Shown piece by piece: positions 63,676 to 64,000 of a stretch of 64,000 bases of DNA. Position 1 is the first letter of the stretch. The number at the start of each line of letters is the position of its first letter. This DNA is from Octopus vulgaris. Its lineage: Eukaryota. Both the position numbers and the translations under genes were made by a program. Location of the stretch: the NCBI GenBank assembly GCA_951406725.2, contig OX597841.1, positions 15,314,001 through 15,378,000 on the forward strand. Direction: 5' to 3'. The notes below the pieces were generated by a model. That model made no database searches and was not told the origin of the DNA. It was given only the letters and a program-made list of their open reading frames with translations.

Positions 63676-64000
63676 TAAATTTATAATTATACAGATAATT
63701 ACATTAAAGGGTGCGGACTTGGTACACCTACACAATAGAAATAGATACCAAATGGCTCTATAAACCACCTCACTACTCCATTAGCATAAGTTGTAGTCGA
63801 GCAGATGTTTCATAACGCTTCGTTTCAAATCGTTCAATATATTATTGATCTGAAGGTTTTATTTTAGTTTTTTTCATCTGCCCGGTTACAGCCTGTGCTA
63901 ATGGAGTAGTGAGGTGGTTTTTAGAGCCACTTGGCATCTATTTCTAGCGGGTAGGTGTGGTAAATCAGCACCCTGTAATATAATTATCTATGCAATTATA
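63676..64000. repeat. diverged fold-back inverted repeat running off the window end
   Basis: 63676-63808 pairs with 63875-64000, with scattered substitutions. Confidence 0.85.

Noticed and set aside
63913-63960. Resemblance to a pistol ribozyme (GUGG..CCAC, possible UAGA/UCUA pseudoknot, GCG)
   Set aside because: The AAAUA linker and P2 are missing, and the pseudoknot is not supported in the sibling motifs.

Overview
AT-rich, gene-poor animal DNA dominated by simple repeats ((TA)n, (CA)n, (TATC)n, (TACA)n, (TAA)n, (CAT)n, (GGT)n) and transposon debris. The SINE families and repeat style suggest an octopus or other cephalopod; this is inferred from recall and was not searched. No intact host gene is visible, and nearly all long ORFs in the track are microsatellite translations. 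Recognisable coding remnants are 3' ends of CR1-group LINEs, R4/Dong-type RLE retrotransposons, a Penelope-like GIY-YIG endonuclease, and Tc1/mariner transposases. The main signal is non-coding. Many unrelated short elements embedded in (TA)n tracts carry minimal type-I hammerhead-ribozyme (HHR) motifs about 100-240 nt upstream of their (TA)n tail. These have palindromic stem III, sometimes very long stem II, and unusual core variants (G3:C8 swap, A6U, U4C, an extra purine after A9). Many of the elements form fold-back inversions whose breakpoints lie at the ribozyme. Four other (TA)n-tailed elements lack an HHR but share an unexplained CUAUUUYYAGC+hairpin motif at the equivalent position. All structures were read by eye; none was computed or tested.
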